64,000 bases of DNA. It comes from Octopus bimaculoides. Its lineage: Eukaryota. Below are positions 1 through 12,860 of the stretch, one piece after another. Both the position numbers and the translations under genes were made by a program. The notes under the pieces are model-generated. The model searched no databases. It saw only the letters and a program-made list of their open reading frames with translations, and was not told the origin of the DNA. The stretch's first letter is position 1, and the number at the start of each line of letters is the position of its first letter. The stretch covers positions 16,590,732-16,654,731 of the forward strand of contig NC_068994.1 of assembly GCF_001194135.2 (NCBI RefSeq), written 5' to 3'.

Positions 1-899
1 CGATGTAAAAGTTTATCCATAATATTTATGTCAAGAAGATTGAAATGAAAGAAATAAAACAAAGTTAATGATCAAAATATGTATTCTTTATTCCAACATA
101 AGACCTTGGGAAAGGTTCTTCTTAAAATAAATATTAACAGGATTATCATGGAAAAGTAAAGTAAGTTAGAAACTGTTGAGTTGATACCATCATGTCAAGC
201 ACATCCTACTACATTATATATGCTTGTAGAGGCTTCCTTATAAAATAGTATAGAGGACACTCAGCAGAATCATATCAAACAGCATTGTTGCATAAGATAG
301 ATAGTTATGTATCATACTTCATTAACACATAGCACAATCCCTTGCATTTTTCTCATGTATGTTGACATGCTCTTTTTTAACCTGCTCTTTTTTGCTTTTT
401 TATTCTTCTTTTAATGTAGCTGATATTAAGCGACTGGATTGTTCTTTAACTATTGGAAGAGGGACAAATCTGGATCCTTTTATTGGATTTATTGATGATG
501 TAAGTTCCAATCAAATCAACTTACCTTTCCCATATAATCCACTTTTGAAATTTTTCTCAAAACAGAGTGAAAGGAATGAAAATGTGTTAAAGGAAGAGAT
601 AACAGAAGAGAGACAGCTATAGACAGTTACACAGTGGTTGTTGGTAAGGGGATTGAATAGAAAACTAGCATGAGTAATAGGGAAGCTAAGGGAGTAACTA
701 AAGTGTGGGAGAGTAAGACATTTTCTCCCATAACTACCAAAATTAAATTTTGGATTTATAGAGGGTAAAAGTTGGGAACAAAAACAGGACAGTGGAGACA
801 AACAAGGAAACCGAATAAAAACAAACATGGAGGGTTGTTAGACCAGAATGAGAGGAAAATAGTGAACTTTGGAAAAAATATTTTCTTTGAAAAAAGTAA

Positions 900-1070
900 A
901 GAGGAGTAGATAGACAACCAACAGCTGATGAAGGGTCGTTCTCCGTGTTACTTGTCCTGTTTTCCATTTTTTTTTCTCTCATTGTTTGCGTATTTAACTC
1001 GTTTGTTTCGTACTCTATGTTGTTTACATAGTTGGCGATGTCCTGTACCAATATATGCATATATATATAT

Positions 1071-1159
<89 letters not shown>

Positions 1160-1830
1160 TATTTTTTATAGTATTATTTAATTGAACGCCACGCATCCAT
1201 TTCCACGTTAGTTTATCTTAACCTTTTTGATGTGACTCTACTCAATACTGTTTTCTCTCCCATCCTTCTCTAATTCCCTTTTTCTCCCCTTCACCATTTT
1301 CTATATGTCTATCTCCCTCTTTCTCCCCCTTTCTCTTTTTCTCTCTCTTGTTGCTCACAAGTGACCATCATCCATCTTTCTTCTTCCTGCACGACGTTCT
1401 AAGGACTGGACGTCTTCTATCCATCTCTCTCTTCTATTTCTATCTCTCTCTCTCTTCTATCTTTTCTCTTTTCAAAAAAATATTTCTCCCAGCATTCGCT
1501 ATTTTCCTCTCATTCTGGTCTAACGGCCCTCCATGCTTGGTTTCATTCAGTTTCCTTGTATGTCTCCACTGTCCTGTTTTTGTTTCCAACTTTGACCCTC
1601 CATAGATCCTAAATTTTATTTTAGAATTTATGGGAGCTACTGTCTTTGAAGATTCATATTGTCATTGAATGCTTGAAATGAGGAGTAGATAGACAACTGA
1701 CAACTGATGAAGGGTCGTTCTCCATGTTACTTGTCCTGTTTTCGATTTTTTTCTTTCATTGTTTGCGTATTTAACTTGTTTGTTTTTGTACTTCATGTTG
1801 TTTACATAGTTGGTGATTTCCTGTACCTAT
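900..1830. repeat. Two direct copies of an unclassified about 150-bp repeat (900-1050, 1680-1830), each followed by (TA)n
   Basis: gaggagtagatagacaac...ctgatgaagggtcgttctcc.tgttacttgtcctgtttt...cctgtacc occurs twice. Confidence 0.75.
1060..1160. repeat. (TA)n microsatellite
   Basis: Direct inspection. Confidence 0.95.
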
Positions 1831-2430
1831 ATATGTATATATATATATATNNNNNNNNNNNNNNNNNNNNNNNNNNNNNNNNNNNNNNNNNNNNNNNNNN
1901 NNNNNNNNNNNNNNNNNNNNNNNNNNNNNNNNNNNNNNNNNNNNNNNNNNNNNNNNNNNNNNNNNNNNNNNNNNNNNNNNNNNNNNNNNNNNNNNNNNNN
2001 NNNNNNNNNNNNNNNNNNNNNNNNNNNNNNNNNNNNNNNNNNNNNNNACATACATACATACATACATACACACTTCTGTTTGTGTGTGCATGTACATGCT
2101 TGTATGTTTGAATTTGTTATAGTTTTATTTTGTTTTTGATTATGTTACTTTGTATAGCTTTTTTTTTTTTTTTTTTGCTTCATGAAATATCTCCTTGTCC
2201 ATATTATTTTTATTGTAGCATACCTGTGTCTTAGGAATGTCAATAGACTATCAATAGCAATTATATTTGTTATAAACAATGATATGCATATGGAAAAAGA
2301 TAATGGAGAAGTTATGAAAAGAGTAAATGGAGCGAAAAACAGTAGAGGGGAAAAATATAATAAAAAAAATAAACAGAAAATAAATGAATGACAGAAACAA
2401 AGTAAAAAAGAAGAGAAAGATTGCAGGAGG

Positions 2431-2434
<4 letters not shown>

Positions 2435-2465
<31 letters not shown>

Positions 2466-2566
2466 GATGATGATGATGAGGATGATGATGATGAGGATGA
2501 GGATGATGATGATGATGATGATGATGAGGATGATGATGAGGATGATGATGATGATGATGATGATGA
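2435..2566. repeat. Compound (GA)n + (GAT/GAG)n microsatellite
   Basis: Direct inspection; source of the spurious poly-His, poly-Ser and poly-Ile ORFs. Confidence 0.95.
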
Positions 2567-3056
2567 GAAAAAAAGATGAGTGAATATGGATATATAGAGA
2601 GAGAAATTCGAAAGAACAAAAGTGAGATAATGAGAGAAAGTGTGACATCTATGAAGTAAGTTCAAGTCTTATTGAAATGTTATGAGAACAATAGTTATGC
2701 TGCAATCAAGTGCAAGTCATTTACAACATTAGTGATCAAATATCAAGTTGAAAAACATATATTTTAAGTAAATGCACATTGCAAGAAGAGAAGATAATGA
2801 GTGCATTAGAAGGAAAGACAAGTGATTAAATTATGAAAAATTATTTTTAAAAAAGGGAGGACATGGAGGATAAAGCCCTTACATGTTTTTAGAGTTAGTT
2901 TCATGAGTTATATTGCCCATACATACTTACATGCATAGATATGTACATGCCTACATACATAACATATACATGAATAACATATGCACATATACATGAATAA
3001 CATATGCACATATACATATATATGTAAATGCATGTATATATATATATATATATATA

Positions 3057-3285
3057 TCATCATCATCATCATCGTTTAACGTCCGCTTTCCATGCTAGCA
3101 TGGGTTGGACGATTTGACTGAGGACTGGTGAAACCGGATGGCAACACCAGGCTCCAATTTAATTTGGCAGAGTTTCTACAGCTGGATGCCCTTCCTAACG
3201 CCAACCACTCAGAGAGTGTAGTGGGTGCTTTTACGTGTCACCCGCACGAAAACGGCCACGCTCGAAATGGTGTCTTTTATGTGCC
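3057..3285 (-). mobile_element. 3' UTR copy of the (GAT)n-tailed RTE family
   Basis: catcatcatcgtttaacgtccgctttccatgctagcatggg... matches the reverse complement of 53000-53278; cut by an N gap. Confidence 0.85.
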
Positions 3286-3849
3286 NNNNNNNNNNNNNNN
3301 NNNNNNNNNNNNNNNNNNNNNNNNNNNNNNNNNNNNNNNNNNNNNNNNNNNNNNNNNNNNNNNNNNNNNNNNNNNNNNNNNNNNNNNNNNNNNNNNNNNN
3401 NNNNNNNNNNNNNNNNNNNNNNNNNNNNNNNNNNNNNNNNNNNNNNNNNNNNNNNNNNNNNNNNNNNNNNNNNNNNNNNNNNNNNNNNNNNNNNNNNNNN
3501 NNNNNNNNNNNNNNNNNNNNNNNNNNNNNNNNNNNNNNNNNNNNNNNNNNNNNNNNNNNNNNNNNNNNNNNNNNNNNNNNNNNNNNNNNNNNNNNNNNNN
3601 NNNNNNNNNNNNNNNNNNNNNNNNNNNNNNNNNNNNNNNNNNNNNNNNNNNNNNNNNNNNNNNNNNNNNNNNNNNNNNNNNNNNNNNNNNNNNNNNNNNN
3701 NNNNNNNNNNNNNNNNNNNNNNNNNNNNNNNNNNNNNNNNNNNNNNNNNNNNNNNNNNNNNNNNNNNNNNNNNNNNNNNNNNNNNNNNNNNNNNNNNNNN
3801 NNNNNTCTTATACAAAATACAAAATGGCATTAGTGGTTAAGGTCAATCT

Positions 3850-4190
3850 GAGCTGAGACCCCCTTCGGTCATGACTGACCATGGGATTGCACCTAGAAAG
3901 TTACTCTCCCAGGCACAAGTCCGGGCAAGGTGCTTATGGAAGACCAGCAGTCACCCATGCGTACCGGCCTCCCCTGTCCACGCCACCAGTGTTATCCAAG
4001 GGAAAGGCAAAGACCGATACAGCTTGGCACCTGTGACATCGCAACTCATTTCTACAGCTGAGTGAACTGAAGCAACGTGAAATAAAGTGTCTTACTCAGG
4101 AACACAACACGCAGCCCGGTCCGGGATTCGTACTCACAACCTCACGATAGTAAGCTCGACACTCTCACCACTGAGCCATGCACCTTCACT
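3850..4190 (-). mobile_element. tRNA-derived SINE with CORE-like central segment
   Basis: Minus strand reads gcatggctcagtggtgagagtgtcgagc...tgtgttcctgagtaagacactttatttcacgttgcttcagttcactcagctgtagaaatgag. Degraded copy near 63450-63600. Confidence 0.7.
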
Positions 4191-4994
4191 GTCAATCAAC
4201 TGACAAGCAAATCTGTGGTATTGAGCAGAATATTTGTTATAACGATATTTCTACTTCAGCAACTCAGTGCTGAAACTGTCTGAAATGTAATGGAAAATAG
4301 GTCAGTTTCAAAACATTGATGTCCAGGTCACAAAAACAAAGTTTGAAGGGTATAGTAGTGATTTCCTTTGATTTCTAGATAGAAGCAAATAGGAAGTAAC
4401 AGTTACTGACCAAAGACAAAAAAAATTTTTATTTAGTTGAAACAGCAACACCTCATTCTATAAGTTTTAAATAGTACCCACCAACAACTTAATGTATTTT
4501 GGAACATTATTCAATTTCTATGTTGTTTTAAAATTGCTGTCATTTTTTTCATACATTTGCATAAATTATGTTAATTGTTTTGATATCTTATCATTTGATG
4601 CTTTCTGTTTAGTTGCAGTTTTTTAAATGTACTCCAGAGGAATACTTTTAATGGATACCAAATAATAACAACAACAACAAGGAATCATGACCAATAGCTT
4701 TCTTCCATGGGAAAGTCCATATATTTCATTTAAAATGTAGTTTATTCTTTAAAAATAAATTGTTGATGTTATATAAAAAAAACTGTAATCTTCAAAATTA
4801 AAAAAAACAACTATATAACATAAAATATGGCTGTAAAATGTGTATGACTTTGTTATTTTGCATGTTTTGTATTAAAAGTAATAAGTGCTATTGCTTTATT
4901 TTGCTTTACATTTTATATAAGCAACAATCAAGATTGCCTGACTAATATAAACAGTAAACATAAGATAAATTCCTCATCTCAGAAATATAAAATT

Positions 4995-5990
4995 ATATTC
5001 TACTTTCATTTCTCTTTTCTTTGTTGTTTGCCAGATTAACATAGGATTAACTATCATCTACTTCTAAAGGATTGCTTTTGACTAAACTCTGAGCTTAGCA
5101 TTATGATTAAAAAAAAATGAGCTTCATAGCATCCCATTTTCTTCATAAATATATCAGGCCCTTGCCTGATATATGAGAGGATGCTGAAAAGTCCCTGTCT
5201 TTGGGTAAAAGGAAATAGAGGAGAATCAGTAAATTATGATTTTATTCAACATATTCCGCTCTCAGATTCATACACCTATTGTAGTGGTCCTTCAGTTGTG
5301 CTTAGCCCTGTAAAAGAACTTGGAAGGTTGGGCCTCCAACCAGGCTTTTCACAATACCTTTAAAACCAGGAACTCTTCAGCACCCCCTTGTATTTAAGGA
5401 GACACCAACACTTTAAGATGTTAAAGTACAAAAATTGCAGAGTGTGAAAATCAAAAGTTTTTTTTTTCAAACATGGATGTATGATTAATTACATTTTCAA
5501 CAAAAACAAGATTGATAACACCTTAAATTTGTAGTGATAACTTATCAGAATGTCCATCATTCAAGACAACACTTTCAAGTACATTCAGAAACAGACTGGG
5601 CAGTAGAAAGAATATGCGTCCAGACTGTTTCACTACATTGTATGCTATATGCTAGTGGGTGCCTTACAGTCATCAGCTAGGTAGAGATACATCATATTCA
5701 GAACAAATATGTCAGTTATTCTGTAGACTGCTTGTGTGCTATAGGTTTTCTTGGTTAGAACTAACTTGAAGAACAGCAACAACACTGGAAAGGAATTTAT
5801 GTTAGTCTGCTTTTGTTTCAAGGGCCTGATATATTTATGAAGAAAATGGGATGCTATGAAGCTCATTTTTTTTTTTAATCATAATGCTAAGCTCAGAGTT
5901 TAGCCAAAAGCAATCCTTTAGAAGTAGATGATAGTTAATCCTATGTTAATCTGGCAAACAACAAAGAAAAGAGAAATGAAAGTAGAATAT
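4995..5990. repeat. Long inverted repeat, about 170-bp arms (4995-5164 and 5819-5990)
   Basis: Arms are reverse complements apart from one substitution and a poly-A/T length difference. Confidence 0.9.
5172..5392. mobile_element. Mariner-type MITE
   Basis: Imperfect TIRs tatgagaggatgctgaaaagtccct / aggaactcttcagcacccccttgta with TA ends. Confidence 0.7.
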
Positions 5991-6064
5991 TATTTTGAAA
6001 ATAACGAAGAATTTAGTAAAATAAATTTGTCATTATTAAACTGCCATAACTTTGTCATCATTAA

Positions 6065-6280
6065 GGCAGCAAGCTGGCAGAGTTGTTAGCACAGTGGGGA
6101 AAATGCTTAGCAGCATTTCATCCATCTTTACATTCTGAGTTCAATTTCTGCCAAGGTCAACTTTCTTTCATTCTTTCAGGGTTAATAAAATAAGTACCAG
6201 TTGGATACTGGGGTTGATGTAATTGGCTTACTCCATTCACCTGAAATTGCTGGCCTTATGCCAAAATTTGAAATCATTAT
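6065..6280 (+). mobile_element. SINE family B, diverged
   Basis: aagctggcagagttgttagc...ctgagttcaatttctgcc...aaaataagtaccagtt. Other decayed copies near 6940-7090, 7430-7650, 11020-11180, 34350-34490 and 50080-50275. Confidence 0.75.
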
Positions 6281-7720
6281 TAAACTGGCATAGAGAATAT
6301 AATTAAAATGAAATTTTGATGGAACAGGAAGTTTGTATTATAGAGCTCGTGAGCAGTCTCAAGCAGGTTGATAACATTCTGAAGGTTACATCTTATTTGA
6401 CACAACATTCATATTTTTATGTCTGTGGATATGGATACCCCCAACAACTCGTTTCGTTAAACAATATTTTGAAAGTAGGATTACAACTGCATCGATTAAT
6501 AATTGTATATATAAACCGTAGTGAAATTCCAGAATTGGTAGATTACTTGTCTAAATGCTCAGTGGTACTTAATTCTGTGCTTTGACTTTCTGGGATTGTT
6601 CTGTTAGAGCAAATGATTTTACTGCTAAATACCATCCCTACCATTTATCATTTGACTGATTATTGAAATGCTTTTTCTTTCTTCCTTTCTGTTTTTAGCC
6701 TGTCAAAATTGAGCAAGTAATAATTACATTGGTATTAACACTGTGAGCATTAAAAGTTAAATGTAACGAGAAAAAGACATTAGCTCAATAACTAATATTA
6801 TTTTAATCATTTTGGTATGCATGGGGGTGGATAGCTCCAGGCATGTTTCAGTCTTATTAGTCCTCATTGGCAAAGCATAGTCTTTACAGCACTTGCTAAA
6901 GTAGTGATGAGAGAACCACTAAGTAAATATACAATATTACTTTCAAATCTTGGTACAAGGCCAGCAAGTTCATGGGAGGGTGTAAGTCAATTACATCGAC
7001 CCCAGTACCTAACTGGTACTTATTTTATCAACCCCGAAAGGATGGAAGACAAAGTCAATCTTGGTGGTAATTGAACTCAGAATGTCAAAACGTACAAGTA
7101 GATGTACAATATTATTATACAATACATGTGAAAAATTAACATGTTATAAAAAATAAATCACTAAGTTTCATTACTCAGAGTAATGTAATTACCTTGTTCA
7201 GTTGCAAGGTTTGAACTCATAACCATGTAGTCAGTATTTGAAAACCTTAACATCACAGCAATTATACTTCATATATTCTTTTGTTCTTTTACTGGTTTCA
7301 ATCATTGGACTACTTCCACACTTCTCTCACCTTACTAAACTTCTTTTCACTCTAAATGGCTTCTGCTTTTCTGATTTCTACCAACAATTGAACTGATGTA
7401 AGCCATTTTGCTTATATAAGAAACAATTATGAAGAGTGGAGGACTGGCAAAATCATTAGAACATCACACAAATACTGAGTTATTTGTATATCAGTTCTTT
7501 ACATTCTGAGTTCTAATCCCATTAGAGCCAGCTTTGCCTTTCGTCCCTCCAGGGTCGATAAAATAATGTACCAGCCAAATACTAGAATCAGTCATCATAA
7601 TCAATTAATCTCCTTCCATCAAAATTGCTAACCTTGTGCCTAACCTAAAACACTTTTCCTAAGATGCCATGCTGTAGAATTGAACCCACAATCTCATAAT
7701 TTTTGTTGTTGATTTTTACC

Positions 7721-8110
7721 TACTCTCTCTCTCTCTTTTACTTGTTTCAGTCATTTGACTGTGGCCATGCTGGAGCACCGCCTTTAGTCGAGAAAATCGA
7801 CCCCAGGACTTATTCTTTGTAAGCCTAGTACTTATTCTATCGGTCTCTTTTTGCCGAACCGCTAGGTTATGGGGACGTAAACACACCAGCATCGGCTGTC
7901 AAGCGATGGTAGGGGTCAAACATAGACACACAAACACACATTCATATATACGACGGGCTTCTTTCAGTTTCCATCTACCAAATCCACTCACAAGGCTTTG
8001 GTCGGCCCGAGGCTATAGTACACTTGCCCAAGGTGCCACGCAGTGGGACTGAACCCGAAACCATGTGGTTGGTAAGCAAGCTACTTACCACACAGCCACT
8101 CCTGCGCCTA
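7721..8110 (-). mobile_element. SINE family A (tRNA head, internal TA/CA microsatellite, AAGAGT-rich tail)
   Basis: Minus strand taggcgcaggagtggctgtgtggtaagtagc...ggttcagtcccactgcg; many copies in the window. Confidence 0.9.
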
Positions 8111-8938
8111 CTGTACAGTACCTTGGACAAGTATTTTCTGCTATAGCCCTGGGCAGACTAATGTCTTGTGAGTGACTTGGAAACCGTGTTGAAGCCTATT
8201 GTATATAGATATATATACATGTGTGTGTGCTAGTCCCACCACCACCACTTGATAACTGGTGTTAATTTGCTTGTGTCCCTGTAACTTAGTGGTTCAACAA
8301 AAGAGACCAATAGACTAAGTACCAGAATTAAATTAGTACTGGGATTGATTTGTTTGACCAAACCCTTCAAATTGAATGACCTAGTATGGCTGCAATCCAA
8401 TGACTGAAACAAGTAACAGATAAAAACCTGGTGCATGCACACCATCGGCAATATATTTAAACATTTCACACAGGACAAATTTCCCAACATATTGATATGT
8501 AAATCAGCAAGTCTTTCTAATACAGCTGTTCTTTCACTTCCAGTAGATACATATCTTTGACAGTCTAGTGGTAACAATTTCCAAGGAAAACTTCTACATG
8601 GTCCACAGACATGCTAGAAAAAGCAACCAAATCTTCCACAAATCACACCCTACCATCTTAAAAATAAAAAAAGACATACTAGATAAAGCTGTCCTGAACT
8701 CCTTGCACATAGGGAAAAAAAAAAAAAAAGACTGGATAGTCAGAGATGGATTGCCTTTGATCATACATCTGCTAAATCAGAAGTGTGCTGGAGTGAAGCA
8801 ACTGAATCATGAACAGTAATAAACCTTGACTACTGGTACATCACATTGGCTATTTAAACTCCTCAACAAGAAGTTAGAAATCAAACATCTTAACTTCACA
8901 GTCAGTGAGTTTATGGATAAAGTTATATTTCTTACAGT

Positions 8939-9327
8939 GGAGGCGCAATGGCCCAGTCGTTAGGGCAGCGGACTCGCGGTCATAGGATCGCGGTTTCGAT
9001 TCCCAGACCGGGCGTTGTGAGTTTTTATTGAGTGAAAACACCTAAAGCTCCACAAGGCTCCGGCAGGGGATGGTGGCGAACCCTGCTGTACTCTTTCACT
9101 GCAACTTTCTCTCACTCTTACTTCCCGTTTCTGTTGTGCTTGTAATTCAAAGGGTCGGCCTTGTCACACTGTGTCACACTGAATATCCCCGAGAACTACG
9201 TTAGGGGTACACGTGTCTGTGGAGTGCTCAGCGATTTGCACGTTAATTTCATGAGCAGGCTGTTCCGTTGATTGGATCAACTGGAACCCTCGACGTCGTA
9301 AGCTACGGAGTGCCAACAACAACGACA
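8939..9327 (+). mobile_element. tRNA-derived SINE with (CAA)n tail (possibly one of the described octopus OK/OR families)
   Basis: A-box-like tggcccagtcgttagg, B-box-like gtttcgattcc; TSD atatttcttacagt/atatttcttacaat. Confidence 0.9.
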
Positions 9328-10286
9328 ATATTTCTTACAATAAGAATATCAAAACTTTCTTAGGCTTAAGCTTTTGAAGAAATTGTAAGCAATATTGAAG
9401 ACATGACCTATGATTGTATTTGAGGGTTGTGTACCCCTTCTTTATTCTGGTGGTAGTAACAAGACCAGACGATACAGATATACCCAGTAATTTTAACTAC
9501 TTGTTTATCCAAAGCATTTTCATAAATTTATCTCAAATGGTCATGCTTGTTTTCATAAAGCTTTCCTTTCATAAGACACAAGTTACTCTAATGGTTGAAA
9601 AAAATTGGGTGTTTGTCAAGTATGGTACACAGATTCTAAGGAATATGTCCTGTATTTCATGTGATACACAAGACAAGGAAAGGTTTACAGCTTAGCTAGA
9701 GGAAGATTTATTAATGGCAAAGCACAAGAGCTGAGAATATAAGATCACAGACTAAAACCTTTGGCATTTATTTACTTATGCTCTGACATAAAAGAAAAAG
9801 ACTAGTTTGATCTAATGGATGAACCTGCTAGAAACAGTAGCTACTTCTCATTCAAAGGAAAATCCCCAACAATTTTCAACAAGGAAGGATATGGATAATG
9901 TAGACATAGATACTCCAAATAAAATATGGTGGTCAAGGTTGGAATGTTTTTTAATGTAAGCCTGTTCTGTCAGGGTGAAATGGAGTTAAACAACAAATAG
10001 CAACAATAGCTGGTTAAAAGGTATTACCAATCCAATTACTTTTAAGAAACAACTCTTTGGCCTCGTGTTAACAGGTCACATGATGAGTGGGAAGCATCAT
10101 GTGTACTGTTGGTGAATTTCAGGAAGCATGGAGGTTTTGAAGGATGTAGTGCCTTGACAGGTAACAACTGATGTGAGTAGATAGAATTTGGCTCTTGCCA
10201 TTTCTCTGAGATCACATTATGCAAACTCCTATATCTAAGTTTCAGTGTATTCAAGAAGACTAAGTTATAATACATAACCAAGTGAA

Positions 10287-10704
10287 TACTCTTTACTCTT
10301 ACTCTTTTACTTGTTTCAGTCATTTGACTGCGGCCATGCTGGAGCACCGCCTTTAGTCGAATCAAATCAACCCCAGGACTTATTCTTTGTAAGCCTAGTA
10401 CTTATTCTATCGGTCTCTTTTTGCCGAACTGCTAAATTACGGGGACGTAAACACACCAGCATCGGTTGTCAAGTGATGGTGGGGGGACAAACACAGACAC
10501 AAACATAAACAAACACACATATATATATATATACATATATATGACAGGCTTCTTTCAGTTTCCGTCTACCAAATCCACTCACAAGGCTTTGGTCAGCCCG
10601 AGGCTATAATAGAAGATACTTGCCCAAGGTGCCACGAGTGGGACTGAACCTGGAACCATGTGGTTGGTAAGCAAGCTACTTACCACACAGCTACTCCTGC
10701 ACCT
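10287..10704 (-). mobile_element. SINE family A
   Basis: Near full-length homolog of 7721-8110. Confidence 0.9.
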
Positions 10705-11902
10705 ATTTGTTTTCCTTTTTAATTTTTTTTTTTTTACTTTATAAATAAAAATAAATGGTTGAAGTTGCTCAGTAATCCTAATGGAATAAACCTGCAAAAG
10801 AGAAAGACCAAAGACGATGCAAAAAAAAAAAGTGGTAAAAGCTAATCATAGGAGGCTGAACTTCACAAAGGACTGTAACAAGTGGCAAGACACCTTGTTA
10901 AAGAAAACTGACTGCTCTACTTCATGCAGGCATGGAAAAACAAAGAAAAAGTAAAATGATGATGATGAAATATTACTTTTAAACCATTAATGATTTCTAA
11001 CATAGGTATAAAGCCTCAAATTTGTAGCCAATAATATCAACTCCAGTACTTGAGTGGTACTTTATTTGACCAACACCGAAAGTATGGAATGTAAAAATCA
11101 GCCCCAGTGGAATTTGAACTCAAAATATAAATGGATGCATTTATGCAAGGTATTTTGGTCAACACTGTACTAATTCAGCCATGCTACTACCCCTTTAGCA
11201 TTTAGACTGGCCATATCTGCCCTTTAGCATTTAGACTGGCCATATTTGGTACAAATATTCTACATGTTTTATGTTCAAGCTGGCCAGGTCCAGCCTCTAG
11301 CACCTACCTAGCAATATCACTCTAAAAATAAGCAATCACATCATTGAAATCTCAAAACTACAAGACAAAGCACGATTAATTCAAAACATCACATTCTAAA
11401 TTTCATAAACCATGATTTAGATGGTGAATTTATTTTTTAAAAATAATTAAAATGCAAGTTAGTTTTAAATATGCACAAATTATTTTGTTTAGAAAAAAAA
11501 CCCAGTTATTCCGACAATTTTGTAACGCACTGCAGTGCTTACTGTACATTTCAAAATTAGAGTTTTGTTATATATCTTCCATCATCATTATTAGCAGATA
11601 TAATGTTCAAGTTTAAAATTATATACATTTATTTGGAATGAATAATGAAAATATCTTCATGGAATAATTAGAATTTATCTAAAATGTTAAAAAATTCCTC
11701 CTCTCAAGAATGAAAGACATTCTTTCAAATTAAATCATGTGTAATAGATATGAGGAAATTGGAGGGAGGGCCTCTTTTTTCTGTGTGAAGTTGATGAATG
11801 GACTGAGATGAGTTCTTGGTAGAATATACAGTTGGAGCCATTGTAAAGGAAGAAAATACTGTTCGATGAAATGGATTTGTATAACCCAACGCAGTGAAAT
11901 AT

Positions 11903-12334
11903 TTATTGTTCACAAGATTGTTTTAATCCAGAACCCATCCAGTCTGTGTTTTTGAACAATTCTTCCAAAGCCTCAAGTTCTTTGGGATCAATTGAAGAAG
12001 GAAGAGAATTTGGTTTACTATCACTGGTCTTTTCAGTATTTTCCTCATCACATTCATTATAACCACTATCACAATCACTACATTCTTTATCACTTCCATC
12101 CTCATCCTCGCTATCAAGCACAATTACAAATTTCTGGTACCATGCTTTCTGTTTATATGACTGCAACACATCAGGTTCTGAGGGAGAATTTACAGTATCA
12201 GAAGATAATTGCTTTGGCACTGGTTGGCATTGGTCACAGTCTTTTACAGAACTTTCACCATCCTGTGAACATTTATTGCACGTTGTTTGGTCAGCACCAT
12301 TAGAAGGTTTGGTAATTTTTGTCTCTTCCGCCAT
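11903..12334 (-). CDS. Uncharacterised 143-aa acidic, probably disordered protein (terminal or sole coding exon)
   Basis: Unique, non-repetitive 432-nt ORF (MAEETK...KQSCEQ*) with a strong acceptor ttgttcttcag| at 12345, 10 nt before the ATG. AATAAA on the minus strand near 11628-11633. No homolog recognised. Confidence 0.7.
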   Translation of the reverse strand: MAEETKITKPSNGADQTTCNKCSQDGESSVKDCDQCQPVPKQLSSDTVNSPSEPDVLQSYKQKAWYQKFVIVLDSEDEDGSDKECSDCDSGYNECDEENTEKTSDSKPNSLPSSIDPKELEALEELFKNTDWMGSGLKQSCEQ

Positions 12335-12860
12335 TTGTTTGCACCTGAAGAACAACAGAAATATAGAAATCATTTATTTCAATATTTTCAGTGATTTAAA
12401 AATTTCTTGTTTTAGTTGTCCTTAATTTCTCTAATTCAAAGAACAAAACAAAAAATAAAAAGTAAAGAGATAAAGAAGCAGTAATGAACAGTAATTTTTT
12501 TTTTTTTTTTCTTCTGGACTTCTGTTATCTTTGTACAGAAACTCATAAGCGTCATACCTAACGAATTAATATTTTTCCTTATGGGTTTCCCACCTATATT
12601 TTCCGTTTTCCTTTTATTGTCGCCTAACCCCACGCCAGCCCTCATTAAACAAACTTTGTTTTGCTCTTTCAGTCACTACTCAACATTCAGGACCATAGGT
12701 GAAGATAACCACATACACTAATTGATCCTTGTTATAAAAGAAAAATAAGAATAAAGGTACCTTAGTGTTTGCTATTTCCAACTAAAGTCATTTCTTTTGA
12801 CTTTTGCTTCCTCACTCAGTAATCCATGTTTTTGAGTAGAAAAACAAGCAGCATCTACAA

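Noticed and set aside
924-960. Active hammerhead ribozyme at CTGATGA (also 1705, 29644)
   Set aside because: No stem II followed by GAAA and no stem III/NUH could be assembled by eye.
743-2665. ORFs with YIYIYI, poly-His, poly-Ser or poly-Ile tracts
   Set aside because: They are translations of (TA)n and (GA)n/(GAT)n microsatellites or N gaps; no splice or homology support.
8939-9015. tRNA-like sequence (also heads of the other SINEs)
   Set aside because: It has A/B boxes but no proper acceptor stem, and continues into a SINE body with tail and TSD, so it is not a tRNA gene.
10110-10165. Possible plus-strand exon (tttcag|...RKHGGFEGCSALT|gtaac)
   Set aside because: Weak acceptor, no recognisable homology, no partner exons.
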